A stretch of DNA of 64,000 nt from Phyllobates terribilis (Eukaryota): NCBI RefSeq assembly GCF_046119375.1, contig NW_027362761.1, positions 451,608,001 to 451,672,000 of the forward strand, read 5' to 3'. The notes under the pieces were generated by a model. The model ran no database searches. It saw only the letters and a list, made by a program, of their open reading frames with translations, and was not told the DNA's origin. Each line of letters starts with the position of its first letter. Positions within the stretch are counted from its first letter, which is position 1. Position numbers and translations under genes: made by a program. Positions 42,760 to 52,300 of this stretch are shown one piece after another.

Positions 42760-42798
42760 AACATGGTTGTAAAGAAGAATTGGAAAAGATCAAGTAAG
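42760..42798 (+). CDS. MCTP1: MCTP1-like 39-bp microexon
   Basis: Acceptor tttgcag and donor gtaaat, phase 0 at both ends. Translates NMVVKKNWKRSSK versus MCTP1 TMLMRKSWKRSSK. Confidence 0.88.
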
Positions 42799-42850
42799 GT
42801 AAATTATGGTAGTTGAGTAGTTAATTTCAACATTGCAATTAGATAGTTTA

Positions 42851-42854
42851 TACA

Positions 42855-42887
<33 letters not shown>
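42851..42887. repeat. (CA)n microsatellite just downstream of the 39-bp exon
   Basis: Direct read of the sequence. Confidence 0.9.
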
Positions 42888-43667
42888 CGTTTATACAAGT
42901 TTTTTGTTTGTCTCTATGTACATTCTTACTATTCTTAAGATTCTTCTTTGAGACATTCAATAGTAAGATTCAGCATTGCATATGAAGTTAAAGAAATCTT
43001 CCAGTCATCATATTGTTTATTGCTAACTTCCCTGGTAAATCACTAGGATTTCACTGACAAAAGGACCTGGAATAGTTGTGTTAGGGTTTTTTCAAACATC
43101 AGTATTTTTTAATCAGTATTTCATCAGTATTTGTGTGCCAAAACCAGGTGTGTCTCCAAAACACAGAACAGGTGTCAATCTTTCAATATTAGTTTTCTCT
43201 AAAATTTCCACTCCTGGTTTACCCTTAAGATGTATAAATCAATTTGTTTAATTTTTACAGTACATAAATCACATAATTTATAACTGCTAAATATACTTAC
43301 CTCATTCTCCTTCCAACTATGCAGGAAAAGATAATTAAATGGAATTTCCAGCCAAAACACACAATTAGCCATACAAGTAAATTAGCAGCCAAAGTTTGAG
43401 TCATTTTTCCTATAACTACACTTTTATTGTTTTTTTTCGTAACACACACTCTTGCATACAGTTGAAACCAGTTTACATGCACTATATAAAAAGACACATA
43501 TGCATGTTTTTCTCAATATCTGACATGAAATCAGAATAAACCTTTCCCGTTTTAGGTTAATTAGGATTACCATAATTTTTAATACTTGCCAAATGCCAGA
43601 ATAGTGAGAAAGAGAGAATGTTTTAAGGCATTTTTATTACTTACTGCAAAGTCAAAAGTTTACATAC

Positions 43668-44430
43668 TGTAAGGCAGCGCTAGTCATCATGCTGGGGGAC
43701 ACTCGCTGCACCGGGTCAATTAAAGCACACCAGCCACTTTGTCCAGTATTTCACAATCCGGCAGTTTATTACTCTTCATAACTGCTTATAACCGAGTCCA
43801 ACTCAATGGCTCGCCAACATATTACACATATAATGTCTAGGAGCCTTTCAAGTGGCAGACAGGCCCACTTGGCTCCAGTTACAGCCTTCAGCAAAGTCAC
43901 TTATATAAATGTCCACATCAAGCAGTGTTTTACCTTTGCCGGGTTTTAGCTGCTTCAGACTTGTTCTTCCACAGCTGTGGCTTTACGGCTTCCCAGATGG
44001 TGGTCTCCAGCCCTCGTACCTTCAAAGGCTACTGGTATGTTTTCACACCTAACATCCAGCCTCTGCCTTCCAGGACTCTTGCCTTCCAAACCTCTTGCCC
44101 TCTAAGGCTACTGGCATCGCTTCCACATAAGGATCCAGCCTCTGCCTTTCAGGCTTCACCAGGATTCACTAGGCCTCACACTCTAACGGTGTCCCACACA
44201 GGGAGCAGGCCTCACGCCTTTCACACCCCTTTCAAAACTACCAGGGTTTATATATCTTCCAGTGCACACAGGACCTGTGCTGATGTCACAGTCATGTGAT
44301 CAGACCTTCTGTGTGCACAGGACCTGTGCTGATGTCACAGTCATGCGATCAGTCACCTGAGGGGGAGGTACATGGTCAGCCAAAACACACCCTGGACCAT
44401 TACAGTAATGCCGCAAGCCGCTGCATTACA
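43668..44430 (-). repeat. 3' LTR (763 bp)
   Basis: About 18 substitutions versus 48001-48724 over 714 aligned bp (manual count), plus a 49-bp internal duplication. Minus-strand TATATAAA at 44247-44254 and AATAAA at 43765-43770. Confidence 0.95.
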
Positions 44431-44444
44431 TATCTCCCCCCTCT
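44431..44444 (-). promoter_or_regulatory. Polypurine tract
   Basis: Minus strand AGAGGGGGGAGATA immediately precedes the 3' LTR TG. Confidence 0.85.
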
Positions 44445-44696
44445 GTTCAAACTTGTGGGGTTGAACACATAATATACACAATCACATTATAACCCACAGT
44501 TCACACAGAGACCATGTACTTGACAATTGCTCTGCTCAGCCCCTGGAACATTAGTCAACGACATTAGCCCATTCCTTAGGGACCTACCATCTGTCATTGT
44601 CACTGACTTAGTCAAGTCACATTTCCGGGTCACAACCTTGTCAGACCTCCCCCGCTCCCAGTGGTCAGTCGTAACCTTGTCAGACCTCCCCCGCTC

Positions 44697-45360
44697 TCAG
44701 CGGTCAGTCATACAGCAGTGTGACTCACACGCCCTGGTATCTAAGGTCCAGTTTGACTCCGTACTGTCCCGTACTCTATTGGGTCGTTTGTATGGGCCAC
44801 TCAGACCTGAGTTACTGGAGGTCTCACTACCTCTAAACCCACGCCCACTATCCTCAGGACATCTTGGAAAGCCTCTGACTTCTACTGTAGCCGTTCTATT
44901 ATTTGAAGGGCCCTTTCTCTGTCTGGTCTCACAATTTCTAGACGGCTGCCATCTTCTGCTGCTCAGACGATGCTGTCTTTCCACTCGCAGTCTAGCAAGA
45001 TTCAACTGTTCTACCTCTCGCAGGTAGGTCACTCGGTACTCCATCAGCATGCGTATATATGCAAGACTTTCTTCCGTTCCTACAGCGGAGAATGACACCA
45101 TGCCGTCTTCATCTGGTATCCAGTCCTGATGATCACGTGGACTGCTTACTTTCATCACACCAGACTTCTTTACCATCATCTGCATGGCTTGGCCATTTCT
45201 CCCAATAAGCTTTCTTACCAGAGCCTGAGGCACCCGGATGACCTCTTCATGCAGACTTTGAGCTTTTTTCTGAAGCTCCAGTTGTCTAACGGCTTGTTCC
45301 GTCTTCAACCGGAGACACCGCTTCGTGCGAATACATCACCAGTGCATGTCACTTAGGATA
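44697..45360 (-). pseudogene. FXR1/FMR1-family-derived continuation (KH0 end, KH2, C-core helix), separated from the upstream ORF by a 1-nt frameshift and a TGA at 45336-45338
   Basis: ILSDMHW*CIRTKRCLRLKTEQAVRQLE aligns to FXR1 [45 protein letters not shown]...KKSGV...EDGMVSFSAVGTEES...YLREVEQL aligns to FXR1 KH2. Confidence 0.88.
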
Positions 45361-47241
45361 GCTAGCCACCCTCTTCACTGTGACTTTGGTTGTGGACAGG
45401 ACCAGCAGCTGTTTAGCTTCTGAGGTTGAGTACACCTTACAGGCTCCCACGGCCTTCTTAAACTCTTTATGCACGGACTTACTGGTGCATTCTTCTCTCA
45501 AATCCTCGGGTACATCTATGAGGCACTTGTACCGAGACGTTTCGGTCTCACCCGTGGTCTCCAAACTATCATCTGGCTCAGGTTTCAGGGGCAACTGACT
45601 TTCAGCTTCTTCACCCTGTATGCTTCCCCTGAGCTGATTCACAGCTACAAATTCACGAATTTTCATCTTGACCACTTCCATTTCATATTTATCTTCTGTT
45701 AACACTCTCTTAGCTCTCCTCAGGTCCACCTTCTCATGGTATAAGGGAGTGAGTGCAACTTGTTTGCCCTTTTCCTTCTCCAAGGAGGCCTCGTTCACTG
45801 AGTGATACTTTGCTAGGCGATCTTTGAGCTCGAAAACTTCTTCCTCTAGCTCAGCTACTCGCCTCTCAGCAGCCCATCTCTGAAGCTCTTCCTGCTTCAA
45901 CTGCTCCTTTAACAGTAGAGTTCTCTCAGACCTCTCTGTCTCCAATGCGCCCACTCGGCTCTCAACAGCCAGTCTCTCAAGCTTCTCTTGCTTCAAATGG
46001 GCTTGTAGCGACTCCTTGAGTTCCTTGATCTCGGCTCCTACATCCACCGAATCATCCGAGCTCGCATTATTCGAGTAGGTATTTGTTTCATACCTCCCAT
46101 CTCCAGTGGCCAACTCCTGGCCCTGGTCTGTAGCTTTTCCGATAGACTCCTCCATCTTTGTCCGCTCAGCTTCCATCTTGCTGATTCTTTCCTTAAGGCA
46201 CATCTCTGCCCTCTGGAGATTATCACAGAATATCTGCAGCTCCTTCACCTGAGCTTCCAGTCCTAGGGTCTTTCTGCGGAGATCATCATTTTCATCATGG
46301 GTGTCCTGCAGAGTGGTCTCAACCACTTGGCGCATGTGCTCTGCATCCGCCTTATCATCCTCTAGTTTTTCTTTAACCCTGAGGAGATCCTCATAGTCTC
46401 TCTTAATTTGTTGCAGTTCCCCACTGTGTTCACCATATCCCTTCTTGGATTCACACAGCTCCCGGTTGAACTGTTCGCACAGTCGTTCTAGGTTTTGTTC
46501 ACGCCCAGAAACTTCATCCTGCAGCGCCTCCTTCTCAAGCTTCAACTGCAAAACCTCCTCCTTGGTTTTGCAGCGGTCCTCCTTAATTTCCTGGAACATT
46601 TCCTTCCATTGGTTAATTTCCTCGTTGCTTCCCTCCAGGTCTCGCTGTAAGTTCCTCACAACCTGGTATATTTTCTGCCGTTCAGACTCCAGGCTCCGCT
46701 GGTCTGAGGACATGTTCTCCAGGTTTTCCCATAGTTGCTGTATGTCACTCTGATACTGCTGCCTGATAGGCTCCAGCTCTTGGTCATGACTGGCCACCTC
46801 CTCTTTCAGGGCTGACAGATCCTGATCCTTCTGTCTCAGTACTGTACCGGAGGTTGCTACTGGCAGCGTCACCTCCTCTTCTGCCTCTAAAGGAGGATCC
46901 ATACTTGGAACAAAGGCACACAGTACTACATTTTCTTTATTTTCACTTGCAGCCAAGACTACAGGAGCAAACTTTTTGTGGCCCTTGCGCCGTCGACGAC
47001 GAGAGGGGGACTCTCTCCCCTCGTCTAGCCCCTCCTGAATGAACTCTCTTTCTACTTTCATAGTGTCACCATCAGTTGTGGGGTCTGTGTCACTCCCCAT
47101 GGTGTCGTGGACCAACAAGTCACTTCCCACCTTGACGTCAACCCCTTCTACTGGAGCTACCCCGTTATCAACGGTCAAATTGTCATTTTTAGGCGGTACC
47201 AACCCACAACCAGTAACAAATTTTGGGTTTCTATACTCCAC
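45349..47241 (-). CDS. 630-codon open frame: acidic/basic N-terminus, cingulin-derived rod (about 46108-46842), unassigned coiled coil, start of FXR1-derived region (45531-45360)
   Basis: KEEVASHDQELEPIRQQYQSDIQQL...ESERQK...VRNLQRDLE...WKEMFQ and ENDDLRRKTLGLEAQVKE...AERTKMEES...QELA align to cingulin. YKCLIDVPEDLRE...HKEFKKAVGAC...TVKRV aligns to FXR1. The start is GTG; the first ATG is at 47100. Confidence 0.88.
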   Translation of the reverse strand: MEYRNPKFVTGCGLVPPKNDNLTVDNGVAPVEGVDVKVGSDLLVHDTMGSDTDPTTDGDTMKVEREFIQEGLDEGRESPSRRRRRKGHKKFAPVVLAASENKENVVLCAFVPSMDPPLEAEEEVTLPVATSGTVLRQKDQDLSALKEEVASHDQELEPIRQQYQSDIQQLWENLENMSSDQRSLESERQKIYQVVRNLQRDLEGSNEEINQWKEMFQEIKEDRCKTKEEVLQLKLEKEALQDEVSGREQNLERLCEQFNRELCESKKGYGEHSGELQQIKRDYEDLLRVKEKLEDDKADAEHMRQVVETTLQDTHDENDDLRRKTLGLEAQVKELQIFCDNLQRAEMCLKERISKMEAERTKMEESIGKATDQGQELATGDGRYETNTYSNNASSDDSVDVGAEIKELKESLQAHLKQEKLERLAVESRVGALETERSERTLLLKEQLKQEELQRWAAERRVAELEEEVFELKDRLAKYHSVNEASLEKEKGKQVALTPLYHEKVDLRRAKRVLTEDKYEMEVVKMKIREFVAVNQLRGSIQGEEAESQLPLKPEPDDSLETTGETETSRYKCLIDVPEDLREECTSKSVHKEFKKAVGACKVYSTSEAKQLLVLSTTKVTVKRVASYPK

Positions 47242-47625
47242 GCTCTTGTGAAAAAGCGCCCCTTTTTAGACTCCGCCCCCTTTTGAACAACCACACCGGT
47301 AGGGGAATTTTTACAAAAAAAATCAGCAGTAGTCTTAGGACCCAGTTCACAACATCTCTTACCACCTCCCCGGGCACTCTGGGACAATACTGGCGCCCCC
47401 GGAGAGTTCACAGAATGGTTCATTGCTGCCATTCTATACGGTGCCCACAACTCCTGCCGTTCCTGCACCATGTCCTGTAGACGTTTCTCAAATACCTGCT
47501 GCGGTTTTAACCGGCAGTTTAATCGCTCAATAGCTTCAGTTTAATTTGCTGCTCCGTTTACAGCCATCGCGGTACACTATTCACACTAGACACTTCACAC
47601 CGCTCTCCCCAGAAAATTTTTCTGG

Positions 47626-47886
47626 CCCCGCCGAGCCACAGCACACCAGGTTTGAGTGCGAGAACAATTTTCGTAACCCTGCCGAGTTACAGCAAACCAG
47701 GTTTGAGTGCGAGGACAATTTTTGTAACCCCGCCGAGTTACAGCCAGATGCTTTAATTTTCGTGACCCCACCGAGCCACAGCAAACCAGGTTTGAGTGCG
47801 AAGACAATTTTCGTAACCCCGCCGAGTTACAGCAAGATGCTTTAATCTTCGTGACCCCGCCGAGCCACAGCAAGATGCTTGTATCT
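47626..47886. repeat. Modular 51/38-bp repeat array in the LTR element leader
   Basis: Units start at 47626, 47677, 47728, 47766, 47817 and 47855 (order A,A,B,A,B,partial B). All begin CCCYRCCGAGYYACAGC. Confidence 0.9.
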
Positions 47887-47905
47887 ACGCTCGTCATCCT
47901 GTGCT

Positions 47906-47977
47906 GTTACCCCTAGCAACCAGGCTGCAGTTGCCCCTAGCAACCGGGCTATAGTTGCCCCTAGCAATTGGGCTGCA
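47906..47977. repeat. 24-bp x3 repeat abutting the PBS
   Basis: gttRcccctagcaaYYRggctRYa three times, with a fourth gttgccc running into the PBS. Confidence 0.85.
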
Positions 47978-47979
47978 GT

Positions 47980-47998
47980 TGCCCGCATTCTCCAACCA
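47980..47998 (-). promoter_or_regulatory. Primer-binding site complementary to tRNA-Ala
   Basis: Plus strand TGCCCGCATTCTCCAACCA equals the vertebrate tRNA-Ala 3' end TGCCCGCATTCTCCACCA with one extra A, 2 nt from the LTR. Confidence 0.85.
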
Positions 47999-48000
47999 CA

Positions 48001-48724
48001 TGTAAGGCAGCGCTAGTCATCATGCTGGGAGACACTCGCTGCACCGGGTCAATTAAAGCACACCAGCCACGTTGTCCAGTATTTCACAATCCGGCAGTTT
48101 ATTACTCTTCATAACTGCTTATAACTGAGTCCAACTCAATGGCTCACCAACATATTAAACATATAATGTCCAGGAGCCTTTCAAGTGGCAGACAGGCCCA
48201 CTTGGCTCCAGTTACAGCCTTCAGCAAAGTCACTTATATAAATGTCCACATCAAGCAGTGTTTTACCTTTGCCGGGTTTTAGCTGCTTCAGACTTGTTCT
48301 GCCACAGCTGTGGCTTTACGGCTTCCCAGATGGGGGTCTCCAGCCCTCGTACCTTCAAAGGCTACTGGTATGTTTTCACACCTAACATCCAGCCTCTGCC
48401 TTCCAGGACTCTTGCCTTCCAAGCCTCTTGCCCTCCAAGGCTACTGTCATCTCTTACACATAAGGATCCAGCCTCTGCCTTTCAGGCTTCACCAGGCTTC
48501 ACTAGGCCTCACTAGGCCTCACACTCTAACGGTGTCCCACACAGGGAACAGGCCTCACTCCTTTCACACCCCTTTCAAAACTACCAGGGTTTATATATCT
48601 TCCAGTGCACACAGGACCTGTGCTGATGTCACAGCCATGTGATCAGTCACCTGAGGGGGAGGTACATGGTCAGCCAAAACACACCCTGGACCATTACAGT
48701 AATGCTGCAAGCCGCTGCATTACA
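48001..48724 (-). repeat. 5' LTR (724 bp)
   Basis: Direct repeat of 43668-44430 with a 10-bp duplication. TATA at 48590-48597 and AATAAA at 48098-48103 on the minus strand. Confidence 0.95.
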
Positions 48725-49315
48725 ATACATTTCATTAGTATTTGGTACCATTGCCCTTAAACTGAATGACTTGGGTCAAACATTTAGGATATCCTTCCAC
48801 AAGTTTCTCACAATAGTTGGTCGGAATTTGGGCCCATTCCTCCTGACAAAACTGGTGTAGCTGATCCAGGTTTGTAGGTCGCCTTGCTCGCACCTGCCTT
48901 TTCAGCTTTACCCATACATTTCAATAAGATTGAGATCAGGGCTTTGTGATGGCCACTCCAAAACATTGACTTTGTTATCCTTAAGCCACTTTGTTACCAT
49001 TTTGGCAGTATGCTTCGGGTCACTGTCCATTTGGAAGACCCATTTCCGCCCAAGCTTTAACTTCCTGGCTGATGCCTTGAGATGTTGCTTCAGTATTGCC
49101 ACATTGTCTTCTTTTCTCATGATGCCATCTATTTTGTGAAGTGCACCCGTCCCTCCTGCAGCTAAACTACCCCACAACATGATGTTGCCACCCCTGTGTT
49201 TCACAGTTGGGATGGTGTTCTTAGGCTTCCAAGTTTCTCCCTTTTTCCTCCAAATGTAACAATGGTCATTATGCCCAAAAAGTTCAATTTTACTTTCATC
49301 AGACCACAGGACATC

Positions 49316-52300
49316 TGTCACGCCAGGTGTGAGTGCAGTACAGAGAGTTACACCAGGTGTGAGTGCAACACAGAAGGGAAAGGGAATAGGAGCCCACTAG
49401 GGAAAGGGGGAAGAGGTGACCTCCTAATCTGGACTAGCGTCACCCTGTCTCCCTCTTAAGTCCCTATACCGCCTCCCTAGCTGTCGCCGATCACGTGCCT
49501 CGCCTTACTATCCATGGCGTAAGGCTATAGCTGGGGGTGGAAGGCGATGAGCACTAGTCAACCTCCGCTAGCACTCTAAAGACAAAAGGGGAAGACAGCA
49601 CAAGGGAATAACAACTTAGCTTTAGAAGAAAACTCCAACAGGGCACACGGCCTCAGGACTCCAGAGAGTATGTGATGCTGCTTCAGCCAAGTTCCAAGTA
49701 GAAATGAGTATAACCGGCGACGCCCACCTAGACAAACCAGGTATATATACACCCAGACTAAAGGGAGGTAGTCACTGGGTCCTAAACACAGCCTCCTATC
49801 TAGGCAGCTGTCTGCACTGCCCAACGTGGAGATCTTCTGCATACCACTGCAGGGCGACACCCGTGACAGTACCTTCCCCCTCTACAAGTGGCCTCCAGAC
49901 ACTCAGGACCGGGTTTCTCAGGAAAAGAGGTGTGAAAAGAGCGAACCAATTTGGGAACGTTTACCTCTGACGCTGAAACCCACGTCCTCTCCTCCGGCCC
50001 ATAGCCGTTCCATTGCACCAAGTATTGCAGAGAACGACTTTAGAGATGAGAATCTACTATCCTCGAAATCTCAAACTCCAAATTACCATCAACCATTACT
50101 GGGGGCGGTGATAGAGGTGAGGGCTCATGAGGTTCTACGTACCTTTTGAGTAAGGACCCATGAAACACATTATGAACCTTAAGGGCCCGAGGAAGTTCAA
50201 GATGAAACGCTGCTGGGTTAATGATGGTGGTTATTTTGTAGGGACCAATAAACCTAGGTCCCAGTTTCCTAGAAGGAACTTAGAATCTTATATTCTTGGT
50301 AGACAACCGCACAAAGTCATTCATATTCAGGTCCGGACCTGGCAAGCGTTTTCTATCAGCCATACATTTATACCTGTCACCCATGGTCTTTAAATTACAC
50401 AGAAAATCCTCCCATACCGAGGAGAATGACGAAGCAAACCGTTCCTCCTCAGGAACTCCTGAAGCTCCACCCCCACTGAAGGTACCAAACTGTGGATGAT
50501 AACCATATGCGCTGAAGAACGGTGACCTGCCAGTGGATTCTTGACGATGATTATTGATGGCAAATTCTGCCAGCGGTAAGTAGGATGCCCAATCCTCTTG
50601 ATTTTCGGAGACGAAACACCTCAGGTATGTCTTCAAGTTCTGATTGACACGCTCGGTCTGACCATTCGACTGACGGGGGAAGGCAGAGGAAAACGACAGC
50701 TGCACCCCCAGTCGAGAACAGAATGCCTTCTAGAACTTGGAAACAAACTGGTCCCCCGATCTGACACCACATCGGAGGGAACCCCATGAAGCTTCACAAT
50801 CTCATTTATGAACACCTGGGCAAGTGTCTTAGCATTGGAAAGTGCAGGTAAAGCGACGAAGTGAACCTTTTTACTGAACCTATCTACTGCTACCAAAACC
50901 ACCGTTTTCCTGCAGAAACCGGTAGGTCAGTAATAAAATCCATGGACAAGTGTGTCCATGGCCTGCTAGGAATGGGTAGCGGAAGAAGAGTACCAGACGG
51001 ACGGGTGTGCTAAACCTTAGAACATGCGCACATACTACAAGCAGCTACGTGTTCAATTACAACCCGATGCAACCCACCAAAAACTACGAGAGAGGAGGTC
51101 TGCTGTTGCCTTACCTCACAGAGTTATGATGTTCGTTGATTACTTTACGGTGCAGATCAGGTGGTACAAATAACTTTCCTGATGGGCAGGAGGCAGGGGC
51201 GTCCCCTGAGCCTCCAGCACCTCCCCCTCCAGTTCAGGAAAAAGAGTCGAAATAGCTACCCCTTTCTGTAATATCGGGGCAGGGTTCTCATGGTCACCAC
51301 TACCAGGGGATCTCCGGGACAAAGCATCAGCCTTGACGTTTTTGACCCATGGACGAAAAGTGACACCAAAATTAAACCTAGTAAAAAACAGGGACCATCT
51401 GGCTTGCCTAGGGTTGAGACGTTTAACTGACTGGAGATATGACAGGTTCTTATGGTCAGTAATAACAGTAATAGAATGGACAGCCCCATCCAACCAGTGT
51501 CGCCATTCCTCGAATGCCAATTTGATCGCCAAAAGTTCCCTATTACCCATGTCATAATTTCTCTCAGCCGAAGACAACACAGCCCCAACCCCCAACATCC
51601 GAAGCATCGACCTCCACAATAAAGGGTTGAGAAACATCAGGTTGACGGAGTATAGGTGCAGTGGCAAAGTGATTCTTTAAGGAAGAAAAAGCCTGTAGGG
51701 AAGCCTCCGACCATTTGGAAAAATCAGACCCCTTCTTCGTCATGTGAGTAAGGGGTTTCACTACAGAGTCATTTTGGATGAATTTCCTGTAAAAATTAGT
51801 AAAGCTCAGAAAACGTTGTAGGGCCTTCAGGTTCTCGGGACGTTCCCAGTCAATGACTGCACGGATCTTCTCCAGATCCATCCGAAAACCTGAAGATGAC
51901 AACAAGTACCCCCAAAACTGCATCTTCTGAACAGCGAAAACACATTTCTCTAGTTTGGCATAGAGTTTGTTATCCCTTAATATCTGGAGCACCTGCTTAA
52001 CATGCCCCCGATGTGTCTCAAAGTCGGGTGAATAAACCAAAATATCGTCCAGATAGACCACCACAAACCTCCCCACCAAATGCTGAAAAATATCATTTAT
52101 GAAATGCTGGAATACCGCACGTGCATTGGTCAAGCCAAAAGGCATAACCAGACTCTCGAAATGACCTTCTGGGGTATTGAACGCTGTCTTCCATTCATCC
52201 CCTTCTATGATTCTAACCAGATTGTAGGCTCCCCTTAAATCCAACTTGGAGAATACCTTAGCTCCCACAACCTGGCTGAACAAATCAGGAATCAGAGGAA

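Larger units (their letters stand above)
43668..48724 (-). mobile_element. Non-autonomous LTR retrotransposon carrying a cingulin-FXR1 chimeric ORF
   Basis: TGTAA...TTACA LTRs, TSD ATAC/ATAC, tRNA-Ala PBS and PPT. No gag, protease, RT or integrase motif recognised in the 3.57-kb interior. Confidence 0.93.

Noticed and set aside
20721-42798. MCTP2 assignment
   Set aside because: VFDYDFGLQDDFMGSAFLDL and WKRSSK match MCTP1, whereas MCTP2 reads VYDRDLTTSDFMGSAF. A divergent MCTP1 paralog is not excluded.
44697-47241. Genuine host CGN or FXR1 locus, or an ordinary processed pseudogene
   Set aside because: The segments are partial, intronless, fused, and enclosed by LTRs with PBS, PPT and TSD, with no polyA tail. 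Gene symbols were therefore not assigned.
47626-47886. CRISPR-like array
   Set aside because: The sequences between cores are themselves two repeated types rather than unique spacers, the context is eukaryotic, and there are no cas genes.
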